DNA of 64,000 nucleotides, from positions 58,321-122,320 of the IMG/VR virus record IMGVR_UViG_3300042940_001100; one strand, 5' to 3'. This stretch comes from a virus. How positions within the stretch are numbered: position 1 is the stretch's first letter; each line of letters starts with the position of its first letter. Both the position numbers and the translations under genes were made by a program. Below are positions 41,184 to 52,529 of the stretch, in pieces. Below the pieces are notes generated by a model. That model was given only the letters and a program-made list of their open reading frames with translations, did not search any database and was not told where the DNA came from.

Positions 41184-42172
41184 TATGTTCTCATTCTTCT
41201 TTCTTGCTTACCTGGTGCTTCCATTTCTCCTATTTGCATCTTATGAAACATAGTTCTGAAGAAAGCAGTTCCTGTTTCTCCATTTCTGCATTTTAAAAAA
41301 TGCATAGCTAAGATTGTTGGATCTTGTTGTATTATAAATCTCTCTACACCATAATAGTTAAGCTTCTGCTTACCTGGTAGATTAAGACCTATTAAAGTAT
41401 CTGCATGTTGTAATAAAGCATCTGATCCATAAATATCAGATGGCAATATAAAGTTACCATACTTACCATCTTCATTCCTATCTGGAGCATCAATATTTCT
41501 ATTGAGCTGGCTAAGAATAATAAATGCTATTGGATACTTTCTTTTTAATGCTGTTAATGTTTTACCTAGAGCTTTCAACATGCTCATATCATCCCCGTAA
41601 GGGCTGTTATCTAGTAGTAAAGAGTGATCTAAGGTAACAATTGTGTTCTTGTAAGTTCTTTTGCCTTCTTTGTTTAAAGAAGAATGTAATAACATATATT
41701 CTTCAATAGCTTCTTTAAACTCCATTACATTACAAGATTCTTCTATTATGTCTATAGGATATTGAAGCTTTGCTTTTGCATAAGCTTTACATTTCTCAAA
41801 ATCTTCATCTGATAATTTACCATCTGCACTACATAAATACTTATAACTCTTTTCTATGTATTGAGAATACTCTCTGATAGCTGAGTTTTTACCCAACATC
41901 TCAAATTGAAATTCTAAAACTCTAAAGTTACTCAGTGGATTAAGCTTGAAAGCAGCAACTATGATAAGATCTTTAATTAAAGTTTTACCAGTTGCTGGTC
42001 TAGCTCCTATTACTGTTGTGCTATGCCATTCAATACCATCAGTAGTTGCTTCATTAAATTTTTTCCAGGGAGTTTTAAGACTTGTAATTTTGCCTGATTG
42101 TCTACCTTGTAGATAAGACAAGGATTCTATAAAGGCCTCTCTTTGAGTCTTCCACTTTGTTGGTTTGGTCAT
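41183..42172 (-). CDS. DnaB-like replicative helicase (SF4)
   Basis: GARPATGKT, FQFEM, TLDH, IILSQLNR, SDIYGSD.L.Q.AD, KCRNG. Confidence 0.9.
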   Translation of the reverse strand: MTKPTKWKTQREAFIESLSYLQGRQSGKITSLKTPWKKFNEATTDGIEWHSTTVIGARPATGKTLIKDLIIVAAFKLNPLSNFRVLEFQFEMLGKNSAIREYSQYIEKSYKYLCSADGKLSDEDFEKCKAYAKAKLQYPIDIIEESCNVMEFKEAIEEYMLLHSSLNKEGKRTYKNTIVTLDHSLLLDNSPYGDDMSMLKALGKTLTALKRKYPIAFIILSQLNRNIDAPDRNEDGKYGNFILPSDIYGSDALLQHADTLIGLNLPGKQKLNYYGVERFIIQQDPTILAMHFLKCRNGETGTAFFRTMFHKMQIGEMEAPGKQERRMRT

Positions 42173-42198
42173 GTGACTGATTTATTTTACTGGGGTAA

Positions 42199-42230
42199 CA
42201 AATATAACTTTTTACAAGTGTAAAAACAAC
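42199..42230 (-). promoter_or_regulatory. Bacteroidota-type promoter for the helicase operon
   Basis: Minus strand GTTG-N20-TATATTTG, 26 nt upstream of the helicase ATG. Confidence 0.6.
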
Positions 42231-42267
42231 TGTTTTTCACAAGTAACTGATTTATAAGTGTTAAAAA

Positions 42268-42876
42268 TTAAAAGACTTTATCAACATATTTTACATCATC
42301 ATGATCTTCTCCATTCTTTACTAATTCACAGTATCCTGCTAGATCTGATATCCATGATTTGTCTGAATCTTGCTTCCTGATGAAGTACCTTGATGTACGC
42401 GTATACTTAAATCCTTTCTTCTCTTCTTCTTCTATATAATATGCTGCAGCCTGATGAATAATTTCCCAGCCATAATCATACTCTTTAAAGAATTCTCTGA
42501 AAGCCACTATAATTTCTTTAAGTGGTGATCTTGCCGGTTTATTACTTGGCAATTTCATCCGCGGAAAGATGTTATTATACTTTTCAGCATTAGCTTCAAA
42601 GTCTTGACCCATTAATCCATTATTAGACTTTTTTATCTGTACTCCAAAGTATGAATCTATCTTACTAATCAAGCTTAAGGCTTTAGGTTCTAGCTCATAA
42701 GTAGTTTCCTTAATCCAGTGATCAACTAATAAAGCTCTCAACTCTTGATGAGTATTCATTAGAGGAGCTGTGATACCTTGATTCATAGAATAAAGTAGAT
42801 AGAACTGATTAGGTGTTAGTTTAGCTTCAGCAATATGATTAAATACTACTTGTATACCTATTTTACTTTTTACCAT
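42268..42876 (-). CDS. Hypothetical protein (possible replication initiator or helicase loader)
   Basis: 202-aa ORF upstream of DnaB; the functional call rests on position only. Confidence 0.55.
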   Translation of the reverse strand: MVKSKIGIQVVFNHIAEAKLTPNQFYLLYSMNQGITAPLMNTHQELRALLVDHWIKETTYELEPKALSLISKIDSYFGVQIKKSNNGLMGQDFEANAEKYNNIFPRMKLPSNKPARSPLKEIIVAFREFFKEYDYGWEIIHQAAAYYIEEEEKKGFKYTRTSRYFIRKQDSDKSWISDLAGYCELVKNGEDHDDVKYVDKVF

Positions 42877-43640
42877 ATGATTTCTTCATTAAATTGTTTT
42901 TTTACCAGCTCTGATGTCTTGTTGAAAATGTCATTGCAATCCCATTTTTCTAGATCTTGATATGCTGCAGATGCTGGGTGACTTGCAAATAACTTAGAAC
43001 TATCTTCAGGAACATATGTTGACCATTCTTCAGCTTTCCTTCCTAAATATATGTAAATTACATTTGGATGATTAATGCTAAGATAATCAAATAAAAATTC
43101 TAGAAAAGGTTTCCACATAGCATAGTGTACTCCTGTTTTGGTTATCTGTGTTGTAAAAGCACAGTTAATCATTAAAATTCCTTGATTAGACCATCTTTTA
43201 AGATCTGGATCCCAATCATACCCGTCTGTATATACTGTCTCATCTATAGCCTTAAAAATGTATTTAAGAGATGGTTGAGGATTATTAGTATTACTGCAAG
43301 AAAACGGTATTCCATCTGCTACAGGATATCTACTTACTTCTCTAACCATACCATCTTTACCTTCTCTTACAGTTACCGGTCCTTGAGGATAAGGATCTTG
43401 TCCAATTATGACTACTTTTAATTCATTTAAAGGGCATTCTTCAAAAGCTCTAAAGACTTGTTTTAATACAGGTGTAAATCTTTTACCTTGTTTAGCTTCT
43501 GCTAATAGTGTATTTATTATCTTATCAAAATCATTGCTGAGAATAAAACTTTTAAGCTTATCTCCCCAGCCGGATGGTTTAAGATTTTCATACAATTTTT
43601 TCTTTACTTCTTCTATGTTTATTGTTTCTAATATGCTCAT
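42870..43640 (-). CDS. ung: Uracil-DNA glycosylase (family 1)
   Basis: VFRAF...VVIIGQDPYP, A.GIPFS, PSL..I, W..QGIL.IN, HPAS. Confidence 0.92.
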   Translation of the reverse strand: MSILETINIEEVKKKLYENLKPSGWGDKLKSFILSNDFDKIINTLLAEAKQGKRFTPVLKQVFRAFEECPLNELKVVIIGQDPYPQGPVTVREGKDGMVREVSRYPVADGIPFSCSNTNNPQPSLKYIFKAIDETVYTDGYDWDPDLKRWSNQGILMINCAFTTQITKTGVHYAMWKPFLEFLFDYLSINHPNVIYIYLGRKAEEWSTYVPEDSSKLFASHPASAAYQDLEKWDCNDIFNKTSELVKKQFNEEIIW

Positions 43641-43659
43641 AATTTTTGTATATTTGCCT

Positions 43660-43962
43660 ATGGCTAAAATTAAATATGATACAATTCCACCTGATGTTAT
43701 TATAGATATTCAGGTTTCAGGAACCTTCTACAGAGGAATAGTTGATTTATTAACTATGTTAAGTAATACAGTTCCTTTGGAAGAATTTAAAGCAATTCTT
43801 GAAAAGCTTAAAGGCAACAATCCAGCTGAGTCAATGATTGAGTTTAATGTTAATATTCTAATGTCTCTTATATATGAGATTGAGAAGAAAGCTAAAGCTC
43901 AAAACAAGACTAAAGAGGAAGAGGTAGAAATACCTGATGAACCAGTTACTACCGGCAGTTAA
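43660..43962 (+). CDS. Lone plus-strand hypothetical protein (100 aa), probably leaderless
   Basis: MAKIKYDTIPP...; ATG 3 nt after TATATTTG (43649-43656); divergent from ung. Confidence 0.7.
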   Translation: MAKIKYDTIPPDVIIDIQVSGTFYRGIVDLLTMLSNTVPLEEFKAILEKLKGNNPAESMIEFNVNILMSLIYEIEKKAKAQNKTKEEEVEIPDEPVTTGS

Positions 43963-44356
43963 CATTTACCATATCTCCTAATTTTATTAAGGCTTCAATT
44001 ACAAAACCTAGGTCTTCTTTAGAAGCTTTAGCAAAGCTTTTACACTTAGTTATTACCTTACCATCTACTTCTTTTTCAAAGCAGAATCCAGATCTCATTT
44101 TAATAATATCTTTTATGTCTTCAAACTCATTACCTGTTTCTTTTGCTATTTCCCTAATACACTTGTGTATCTTAGCTAGCTGAGCTAGAGTTCCATCATC
44201 TTTGTTTGCATCAAAGAATACCTCTACTGTTTGATCTTCAACTAAGTTTTCTACAAACAGCTTATATAATTTTTCATCACTGTCTTTAGTATATACTAAT
44301 TTTCCATGTTTTTTAATAAACATTGAGGAAAACATACTATCTTTTTGCTTGGTCAT
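43949..44356 (-). CDS. NinB/Orf-like recombination protein (tentative)
   Basis: TLAQLAKIH..I.EIA..TG...E..K...K...KS...SKE.L...IE resembles the NinB family. Confidence 0.5.
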   Translation of the reverse strand: MTKQKDSMFSSMFIKKHGKLVYTKDSDEKLYKLFVENLVEDQTVEVFFDANKDDGTLAQLAKIHKCIREIAKETGNEFEDIKDIIKMRSGFCFEKEVDGKVITKCKSFAKASKEDLGFVIEALIKLGDMVNVNCR

Positions 44357-47300
44357 CTTTCTTAAATTTTTTCCAAGCAGACTTAGCAGTTTTTGTTAAT
44401 TCTTTTTCTTGAGAAGTTTTCTTAAAACGCTCTTGATTTAGAGCATGTTCTTGTTGTTTAGTTACTGGTTTTTCTTCCATGATTATTGGTTTAAGGTATC
44501 CTTTAAGTCTACATTTTTCATGTAGTATTGATAAAGAAAATTGTTATTAATAGATGATATTTCTGTATTTGCTTTTATTACTTGAGCATATAAATGAGTA
44601 TTAACAGCAGCTATGCTATCATAAGCATTGATTTTATACACATCAACTTCTGAAGGACTGGCAAATAATGACCAACCTCCTCTAATAGCTAATACAGCTA
44701 CTAGTACTTTAAAAAATTCCATTTTTATAATTTGATTTGTTTATTTTTGCACCATTCTATAGCTTGTTTTGCTATTAAATTATGTAAATTCTCAATATCT
44801 ACAGAATCAAGAGCTTTTCCCATAGCATAAAGCATAGGAATATTGTCTTGAGTAGATGTCAATTCTATATTTGCTTTTTTCCATGCCGGCATCAACCAAT
44901 CCCAAGATTTATGAAATAACAAATCTTCAGGACCATATATAGATATTTCTTCTTCTTTAATTGTATTTTTAAGAAGGTTTCTTAGAAAGCTTGGGCCTCC
45001 CATATAGTTTAATATAGCACTATTTTTCTGTAGTAATGTGTAATCCATAATTAATCATTTTTTTAAAGTTTTTTAATGTAGCTTTTCTTATAAATAAAAA
45101 ACTCCAGCATTTCTCTCTTTTAAAAGGTCTGTAATCATTAAGTGTTTTTATTCTAAGAACTAGAACATCCTCATCATAGAGAATATTTACAGGTATTTTA
45201 CCCGGTAAAGTCATTTCCCACCAGCAGCCTGACTTATCATCTAACCATTTTTTCTTCAGACCTAGTTTTTTTAATTTCTTCTCTGTTAAATTCTTCATAC
45301 TTTTCTTCTTCTATTGCTTCTTTAAGTAAAGCGTTTAATTCAATCTCAGCTAACACTTTACTATTAAGTATAACACCAAATCTATTAGCTGAATACGCGG
45401 AATAAGGAGCACATCCATCAAGATTTACCTCATCAAGATAAAATCCTAATCTACCTCCTTGAATAATCATTTTTACTACTTTATTCACTGTATATAGATT
45501 ACCTTTCTTTATCCACTTGCTATTGGGTATATCCGAAGGCTTATCTGCATCATTAATACAGATTACTTTAAATGGTATCTCCATCTTCTTTAGGTTGTTC
45601 TAAAATATGATCTTCTGGATTATAATTAGGATGCCATTGATGATCTGTTGATTCTTCAGGCACAAAATGTCCTTTTTCTAAAGCTGCTATTCTAAGTTTC
45701 TTGTGATAAGTTTCCTCATCTTCATCATGAATACTTACATTACCTTGTCTTAAAGGTATAAAGTCTTCATCACATACTCTTAAATCTACAGTTAGGAAAG
45801 TTTTTTCTGTTGTACCATCCTTAGATTTTATAATTTCAGAGCCTGTAGTTATAAACTTAATTCTTTGCTCTCCTACTTTAAGTGCTGTTACTGCCATGTT
45901 GTTGGTTTTTAATTTCTTTTAATTGTGATTTTGTAGATTTTCTTGTTTGCCACAGGCATAAGATCTATTTCTTGAACTTTTATAAGCTTGTGCTCATAGG
46001 GAGGTGGTGTTAATGTTTTAAATACTGTTTCTGAAGCACCCATATGATGATCCCAAACTTTTACCCATTTGATTTCTTTACCATCTTTGATAGTTGTTTT
46101 AAGATCATAAGGTTTAGTATTTAACATGTGTGTATATTCTTCTTGCTTAGTCATAATGTAAATATAATAGTTTTAGCTTGCTTGAACAACTTTTTCACAA
46201 TGCTCACATACCCAGAGTTTTATACCAAATCTTTTTCCTGATTTAGGTACAATCATAAAGTTATGAAAGCATCCGGTTTGATCTGGATTAGGATTTTTCC
46301 CTACTAACTTCTGAAGCAAATCTAATTGAGCATGCCATCTACCTTCTTCTCTTTCTCTAAGTTTTTCATAACAGATATCACATACATCATCTGAATGCCA
46401 TGGAGCCATTCTATTCTGTAGATTAAAACACTTAGAACATGTCCAGTAATCTTCAGCTTTTGTTGCCATATTTATTTGTTTTTACAGATTTCTATTAGTT
46501 TGTCTAGATAAGATTAAAGACTTATCTCTTTTCTCCTTTAGATCAGCAATATAGATTTGATATACTCTATGGCCTATCTCAGGATAATGAAGAAGAGCCA
46601 TTTTTTCTAATACTTGATCTGTAAGTTCTAAATCATCCAGATCTTTTTCTAGTTGAGCTTTGACATCTATCATAGCTCCTTCTAGTCCTGTAGCAGGTTG
46701 GTATCCCCACTTTTCTAAAAATTTTTCTTTTTCCATGTTATTTTATATTAGTTAGTGGATAAACTTGTAATGCTTGGTAATAGTCACTATCCATATTTGC
46801 ATCTTCACTTGCTTCTTTAAGTGCTGCTGTTACATGAAGTTTAGCAAATTCTAGTAACATCTGATCTAGAAGATTATCTTCATATTTTTTTTGAGGTTTA
46901 CCATCCCCAAGACCTTTACCTTTTATATTAACACATCCATTGGGGATATATTTGAGACGAGTCTCTTCTGCTGTTGGTATGTTATTTTCCATTGTCTACA
47001 GGTTTAGGTGTACATACATGACCATCACTCCATTTAATTCCTGGAGGAGGTGTTAATTCTGGTGAGCTGTACTTGGTACCACACTCACTACATATAAAGT
47101 TATTCATGTTAATAGTTTATTAATAATCTTTTTATTATACCTACAGCACCTGCTTTGTAAAATACAAACTCTAATGCTTTTAAATCTGCATGGGTCATAC
47201 AATTTATGTTGATCTCTACATTTTCACCTGCTGTGTGAGGGATTACTCTTATTAGCTTTACTCTATAGTCGTCTTCAACACCATAATTTCTACTTAAGAA

Positions 47301-48230
47301 CAATACAAAAGAAGAATCACTATAATCTTTAGGGTCTTTTCTGGTGTATCTACCTTCTTCTTCATTACCCTCCCAACCATTTTCTAGTAAGCTTTCATGT
47401 GTAATTTTCATATTATTCATTGTCTTGTTTGTTTAGTGAGTTGATAATATCATCTTCAGTGTTAGAGTACTTTAATCTATGTTCACCATCTTCAAGACAT
47501 GAAACGTGAGATAATTGTCTAGCCATATCAATAGCTTCCCTTATATCTTCCTCTGTGTATTTCTTATCAGCATTGTCTTCTTGGCATTTAGTGTAGCCAT
47601 CTTGAAAAGCAATATAACTTGTGTGTGCTTCTTCTGTACTATATCCATCAGCATACCTTTCAGCCAACTGTTCTATTTCTTCTTTGCTTTTCATACTTTC
47701 TAGTTGTTTGTGTTACCATCTATACTTTTATCTATAGCAGCCATTAGTCTGTTAAAGTTTTCCTTCATTTTAGTAGCGTCTTTAAAATCTTCAGCTAGAT
47801 TAGCACCACCATTTACATAAGCTAATAACATATGTTCATCTATATACCGCTTGTCTTTATAGTCTTCTTGGCATTTTTCATAACCAGCAACAAAGCCAAA
47901 TCTACCCTCCATGCCCATCATTTCTTTTTCAGCTAACTGTTCTATTTCTTCTTTAGTTTTCATATTAGTCTTGTGTTAAAGTTTTTCATCTAATAACTTG
48001 AGTATATTTAACCAATTGTGTTTGGTCTTAAAATACACTTCCATAGTTGTAGCTCCACCTTTATCATTCATTAGGTATATATCTAAACCATACAAATCTG
48101 TATCATCTTTATAAGCATAATAACCTTTAAAATCTAGTTGGTTAAATGTAAAAGCAACATAACCATCTATGTATACTTTAATCCTGCCATTGTATATGAC
48201 TAAATCATATTTGTGAGTTTTCTTTTTCAT
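44337..48230 (-). CDS. Cluster of about 14 short, tightly packed hypothetical ORFs
   Basis: ORF-track genes from 44483 to 48230 plus manually found 44337-44480 (47 aa) and 46982-47107 (41 aa, CxxC...HxC); all minus strand, abutting or overlapping. Confidence 0.65.
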
Positions 48231-48231
48231 G

Positions 48232-48528
48232 TTAGTTTTCTATTTTAGCTGTGAGACCTTGCTCTAGCAAGGCTTCACATATTGGTTTTAGTTTTTCAAA
48301 TGAGCCATGCTTAACATCACACCTACCATTATGGTGCACTATCATAGTACATTGTTCTGCTTGCTCCATAGAGTGACCACAATACTTTCTCAAACATTCT
48401 AGAACATGAGGGAAGGTATTGTAATCATCATTATAGAGGATTATTGCTTTAGTAGGGTTTACCAATTCATCTATGGCATGTTCTACTTCCTTGTCTACTT
48501 CTGGATCAAGTACTTCTAAATCTCTCAT
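48232..48528 (-). CDS. clpS: ATP-dependent Clp protease adaptor ClpS
   Basis: IILYNDDYNTF.HV...L...C.HS.EQAEQC..IVH..G.C.VK.G. Confidence 0.9.
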   Translation of the reverse strand: MRDLEVLDPEVDKEVEHAIDELVNPTKAIILYNDDYNTFPHVLECLRKYCGHSMEQAEQCTMIVHHNGRCDVKHGSFEKLKPICEALLEQGLTAKIEN

Positions 48529-49219
48529 TTCTTCTTCTTTACTTTTTTAATAAATTTCTTAAGTGCATCCCAAAACCCTGTTGCTAGATATACATCGTAT
48601 AAGTAAATACTCCGGGGAGCTACAATAAATCCTTTAATGGATTGATTCATACTTACCATATGACCATCTCTATATATCCAGCATAACCAGTAATTCTTAC
48701 TTTTTAGTAAGACATAGCCCTGAAGAGGATATTTCTTAGGGTTTTCATAGCAATAATCACCTCTAAAATCATAAAATGTTCTCATAATCCTACTTTAGTT
48801 TTTTTAATTAAAGGAAGTCTTAAATCAATCTTTTTAATAATAGTACTAAAAGCTTTTACAAAGTCATCTTGTTTTGCTAGTTTGTGATAACTGAAGTGAT
48901 GAAGAGGTACATCAATATGGGATATATTATCTCTGAATACACGTACTCCTTTTGTTTTAGAGTGTAAAGGATCTTTCTTGTTTACCTTTATTTCATGTAT
49001 GTATACTACTTCAGTATTATCACCATATTGAGTCTTTATAAATTTGATTTTAAGAAGTCTCTGAGCTTCCTTATCAGCACTTCTTTTTTGCAACTCTTGT
49101 TGTAAATTATTAGATTCTTTACCTAGCTTATATCTTTGGTTATCTAAACTTTTGATTTTAGCTTTTATTTGTTTTTCTGTTGGTTTATTCATTTGTCCAT
49201 TCAATTTTAGTTTGATCAT
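48525..49219 (-). CDS. Two hypothetical proteins (48525-48785 and 48782-49219)
   Basis: Coupled minus-strand ORFs. Confidence 0.6.
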
Positions 49220-50270
49220 AGTCTTCTAGTGCTTGTTTTACCCATGCTTCATCTACAGTACTTTTGTAACAAAGTATATGAATTGTACATTTATCATTAG
49301 GATTTAAGCGCATAAGCCTTCCTATTCTTTGTGATGCTTTTCTTTCATTACCGTATGCATGCATTATGATACCAGAGCGCAAGTTAGGAATATTTACACC
49401 TTCATTCAGCTGCAATACACAAGCAAGATCTAAGATATTACCTTTCTTGAATTTCTCCAAGTTTTCTTCTGAATCTGGATTCTTACTATGATAGCTTGCT
49501 ATTCCAAAGCTATCGGCTTGTTCTTGAGTATTAGCAAATAGAATTGTCTTATCATGCATATCCTCTAGAAGTTTCTTTGCATACTTCTCCTTTGTAGGGT
49601 AGCTCATAATTTGCTTCATCCGCATGATACTCATGATCTGTCTTTCCTTAGGACTCTTAGCATTCATTACTCTGTTAGTCCAATAATCATAAGAGGCTTG
49701 CTCTGAGGTCATCCATGTTTTAGGTGCTTTACCTGCTTTTAATATTTTTGCTTTGTTTAGTTCAAGCTCATGTACAATGATTTGATAATCATTTAATATC
49801 CCATCTTCTACAGCATCATCTGTAATATATTCATATACTACTGGAATATGTATACTAAATAATTTTCCCCTTGCTGAGTATAAATATTTTGGTGGGGTAC
49901 CTGTTAATCCTATTTTGATTCCTTTATACGCGTTTAACCATCCTGCATGTGATTCTAGTAAGCTATGCGCTTCATCTAAATACACAGCATCATAGTGTAA
50001 TTGTTGCTTTGGTAAGGACAAATAAGTTGTAAATGTGATTCTATCTAGCAGATACTCTAGGTCAAACTTCTTAGCATCATCAATCCAACTCTGAAATATA
50101 GATTTCTTTGGAGCAACAACTAAGAAGAATGATGTATCTGTGTAATGTAAATCCATATGTCTTAAGCCTACCAGAGTCTTTCCGGTACCTACAGACATTG
50201 CTGCAGTACCACCTCTTACTTTGCTTAGCGCGGTAAGAGCTTCTTCTCCAATTGTGTCTTTTGTTTTCAT
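49185..50270 (-). CDS. Superfamily 2 helicase (DExH)
   Basis: GTGKT, LDEAH, GLTGTP, LNEGVNIP, QRIGRLMR. Confidence 0.9.
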   Translation of the reverse strand: MKTKDTIGEEALTALSKVRGGTAAMSVGTGKTLVGLRHMDLHYTDTSFFLVVAPKKSIFQSWIDDAKKFDLEYLLDRITFTTYLSLPKQQLHYDAVYLDEAHSLLESHAGWLNAYKGIKIGLTGTPPKYLYSARGKLFSIHIPVVYEYITDDAVEDGILNDYQIIVHELELNKAKILKAGKAPKTWMTSEQASYDYWTNRVMNAKSPKERQIMSIMRMKQIMSYPTKEKYAKKLLEDMHDKTILFANTQEQADSFGIASYHSKNPDSEENLEKFKKGNILDLACVLQLNEGVNIPNLRSGIIMHAYGNERKASQRIGRLMRLNPNDKCTIHILCYKSTVDEAWVKQALEDYDQTKIEWTNE

Positions 50271-50476
50271 GATTTCTTAAGTTTAATTGTTATGTATTTG
50301 TATTTGTCCCATAATGCTACTTCGGCCATAGCTAGATTCTCCTCATCTGAAGAATCTAGCATAGCCTTAATAGTTTTATACTCTTCTGGAGTAATATCAT
50401 CACACATTCTGAGAACTTCTAGTGCTTGATCACACTTGTCATATCCATAAGGTCTGAATGGTATTCCTTCCTCCAT
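50267..50476 (-). CDS. Small hypothetical protein with the shared helical motif
   Basis: EEYKTIKAMLDSSDEENLAMAE. Confidence 0.6.
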   Translation of the reverse strand: MEEGIPFRPYGYDKCDQALEVLRMCDDITPEEYKTIKAMLDSSDEENLAMAEVALWDKYKYITIKLKKS

Positions 50477-50479
50477 AAG

Positions 50480-51196
50480 CTATTGTCCTGCTTTAAAAGA
50501 TACTCTATTTTTAGTCATTATACCCTTGTTTACCAAGTTTTCAAAAGCAGCTACGTATGCAGCAGCTGTTGCTTGTTGTGGTAAAGATATAACATGCTGT
50601 TGTAATTTTTCAAGATGTTTAGCAGAAGCTATTTTATAAACTCTCACTACAGCTTTAATAAAATAAGAACTCTTATAATAAGGAACCATATTACATGATT
50701 CTATAAAAGTTACTATCTCATCAGCTTTAGGATTGACTTTAAACTTTTTACCAGCTTTAATGTTCTTGATATCTACAACATCCACAGTAGAGTCAAATAA
50801 AACTAATAAACTATTAGTAATACCTAAATGATGCTTTTTTTCAAACTCTTGCAGATCTATGTAGCATTTTACACCACTTCCGGCCCAAGAATGAATGTAA
50901 TCATTCATTTTCCAACCTACTTGTTTAGCATTAAGTTCAATAATAGTCTTTTGAGGATCTGTGTTAGTAATCATATAGTAGATAGGGAGCTTTAATCTCT
51001 TACAAGCTTCTAATCTATGCTGACCATCTATAACATTCATTTCTTTATCTACTATTACAGACTTACCATGAATGTATCCAATATTTTGGATAGATTCCAT
51101 AATCTTTTTAACAAGACTTTCATTGATAGTTCTGTTGAATTTGTAGACTCCAAACTTGCTATAGTCTTTTGTTTTGTAAATTGTTGATTGACTCAT
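50480..51196 (-). CDS. ParB/Srx-like domain protein
   Basis: NR.IN...V..I..SI...G...VIDGQHRLEA. Confidence 0.8.
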   Translation of the reverse strand: MSQSTIYKTKDYSKFGVYKFNRTINESLVKKIMESIQNIGYIHGKSVIVDKEMNVIDGQHRLEACKRLKLPIYYMITNTDPQKTIIELNAKQVGWKMNDYIHSWAGSGVKCYIDLQEFEKKHHLGITNSLLVLFDSTVDVVDIKNIKAGKKFKVNPKADEIVTFIESCNMVPYYKSSYFIKAVVRVYKIASAKHLEKLQQHVISLPQQATAAAYVAAFENLVNKGIMTKNRVSFKAGQ

Positions 51197-51215
51197 TTGT
51201 TATTGTTTTTAATTG

Positions 51216-51929
51216 TTATTTGTATAAATTTTCTAGTATTTCTCTCATAGCTGTTTCATCATGAACAAGCTTTACTTCAGATTTATTTTGAGCTAACTTT
51301 TGCATAAATATTTTATGATTATAATCTACACTAGGTGATCTTCTAAATCTAATAAATGCTCTCATAAATTTAGAGTTGTTAGTACCTAAGAATGATATTA
51401 CATCTATTAGTTCAGCAGTTACTTTATCAGCATCTTTAGATGTTGCTTTAAATGTACCATCTTTAATACCATGATGAGTACTTTCTCCTAAAATTAAAGC
51501 AGAAATAGAGTAACTTAAGCCTGTTGCTAGTTTATGTGCTCTTAACTTTTCATATTCTTTGCTGCATAATACAGCATATGCATTAACATAGTCATCAAGT
51601 ATCCATTTTAAACTACAGTTATTAACTTTAGCCATCATATTTACAATAAATGGAATATCTTCTGTTTCAATAAGTTGACATTGAACAGTCTTCCAATCTA
51701 CTTTGTGAAGAGCTGCAATCATATGCTGTCCATCAATGATGTAATAATTTACTCTATGACTACCAATCTTACCTTTTGCAACTAATGGAGTTCTTAATAT
51801 ACCATTAGCATACATTGAATTAAGTAAATTAGTTACTTGTGTCATGTTTATTTTTCTATTAAAAGGTAAACATTTAAGTTCAGTTACTTTTAATCTTTCT
51901 ATTGGGTATTCTATAATATTATTTTGCAT
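51216..51929 (-). CDS. ParB/Srx-like domain protein (paralog)
   Basis: NRKIN..QV..L..SM...G...IIDGQHM..A; W.L.DYV.. Confidence 0.75.
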   Translation of the reverse strand: MQNNIIEYPIERLKVTELKCLPFNRKINMTQVTNLLNSMYANGILRTPLVAKGKIGSHRVNYYIIDGQHMIAALHKVDWKTVQCQLIETEDIPFIVNMMAKVNNCSLKWILDDYVNAYAVLCSKEYEKLRAHKLATGLSYSISALILGESTHHGIKDGTFKATSKDADKVTAELIDVISFLGTNNSKFMRAFIRFRRSPSVDYNHKIFMQKLAQNKSEVKLVHDETAMREILENLYK

Positions 51930-51964
51930 GTCTCTGTGTTTTTAATTGTTAATTATTTTTTATA

Positions 51965-52099
51965 TTATTTTTTATATAAGTTTAATGATTTCATAAGAGC
52001 ATCTACATATTTCATATTTAACTTCTTTTTATTAGAAGGTAAGATTATAAGATCATTTATGTTCATTGTATGCACTGTGTATTTTTTAGTATTTTTCAT
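51965..52099 (-). pseudogene. 44-aa ORF resembling a truncated ParB-like N-terminus
   Basis: INDLIILPSNKKKLNMKYVDALMKS versus VTELKCLPFNRKINMTQVTNLLNS in the adjacent gene. Confidence 0.45.
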
Positions 52100-52109
52100 T
52101 TTTAAATTT

Positions 52110-52529
52110 TTAAGTTATTCTTTTTATACTGTAACCTTTTTCCATAGCAAACTCTCTATGGTTTTCAATATACTCATGACAGTTGTGGCATAAGGCTAAC
52201 CACAATGTTTCATCTAATAAGTCTTCTCCAATTCTGCCTTTTTTGTGATGACATTCAGTAGAATATTTAGTACATATTCCACTAATATGTGCTTCACATA
52301 AAGGTTTTTCTTGTAAGAATATTATTCTTTTGCCTGAGTATAGTCTCTCCTCTTTAGATCTTTTCTGGGAGCGGGGCGGAATAGGCTTTGACTTAGCAGT
52401 TGGTTTAATACTAAGCTTGGCAACTCCAGTATTAGTTGAACATTGCTTACATAGCTTTACTCCGCCTTTACTCTTCCAGATGTATGATAGCTTATTGCAT
52501 CCCGCACATATCTTCTGTTTAGCTATCAT
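52110..52529 (-). CDS. Zinc-binding HNH-like protein
   Basis: CAGC...CKQC; CE...C...TECHH.KGR...WLALCHNCH. Confidence 0.7.
   Translation of the reverse strand: MIAKQKICAGCNKLSYIWKSKGGVKLCKQCSTNTGVAKLSIKPTAKSKPIPPRSQKRSKEERLYSGKRIIFLQEKPLCEAHISGICTKYSTECHHKKGRIGEDLLDETLWLALCHNCHEYIENHREFAMEKGYSIKRIT

Noticed and set aside
43408-43659. ORF-track N-terminal extension of the plus-strand gene
   Set aside because: Antisense to ung; the promoter motif points to the ATG at 43660.
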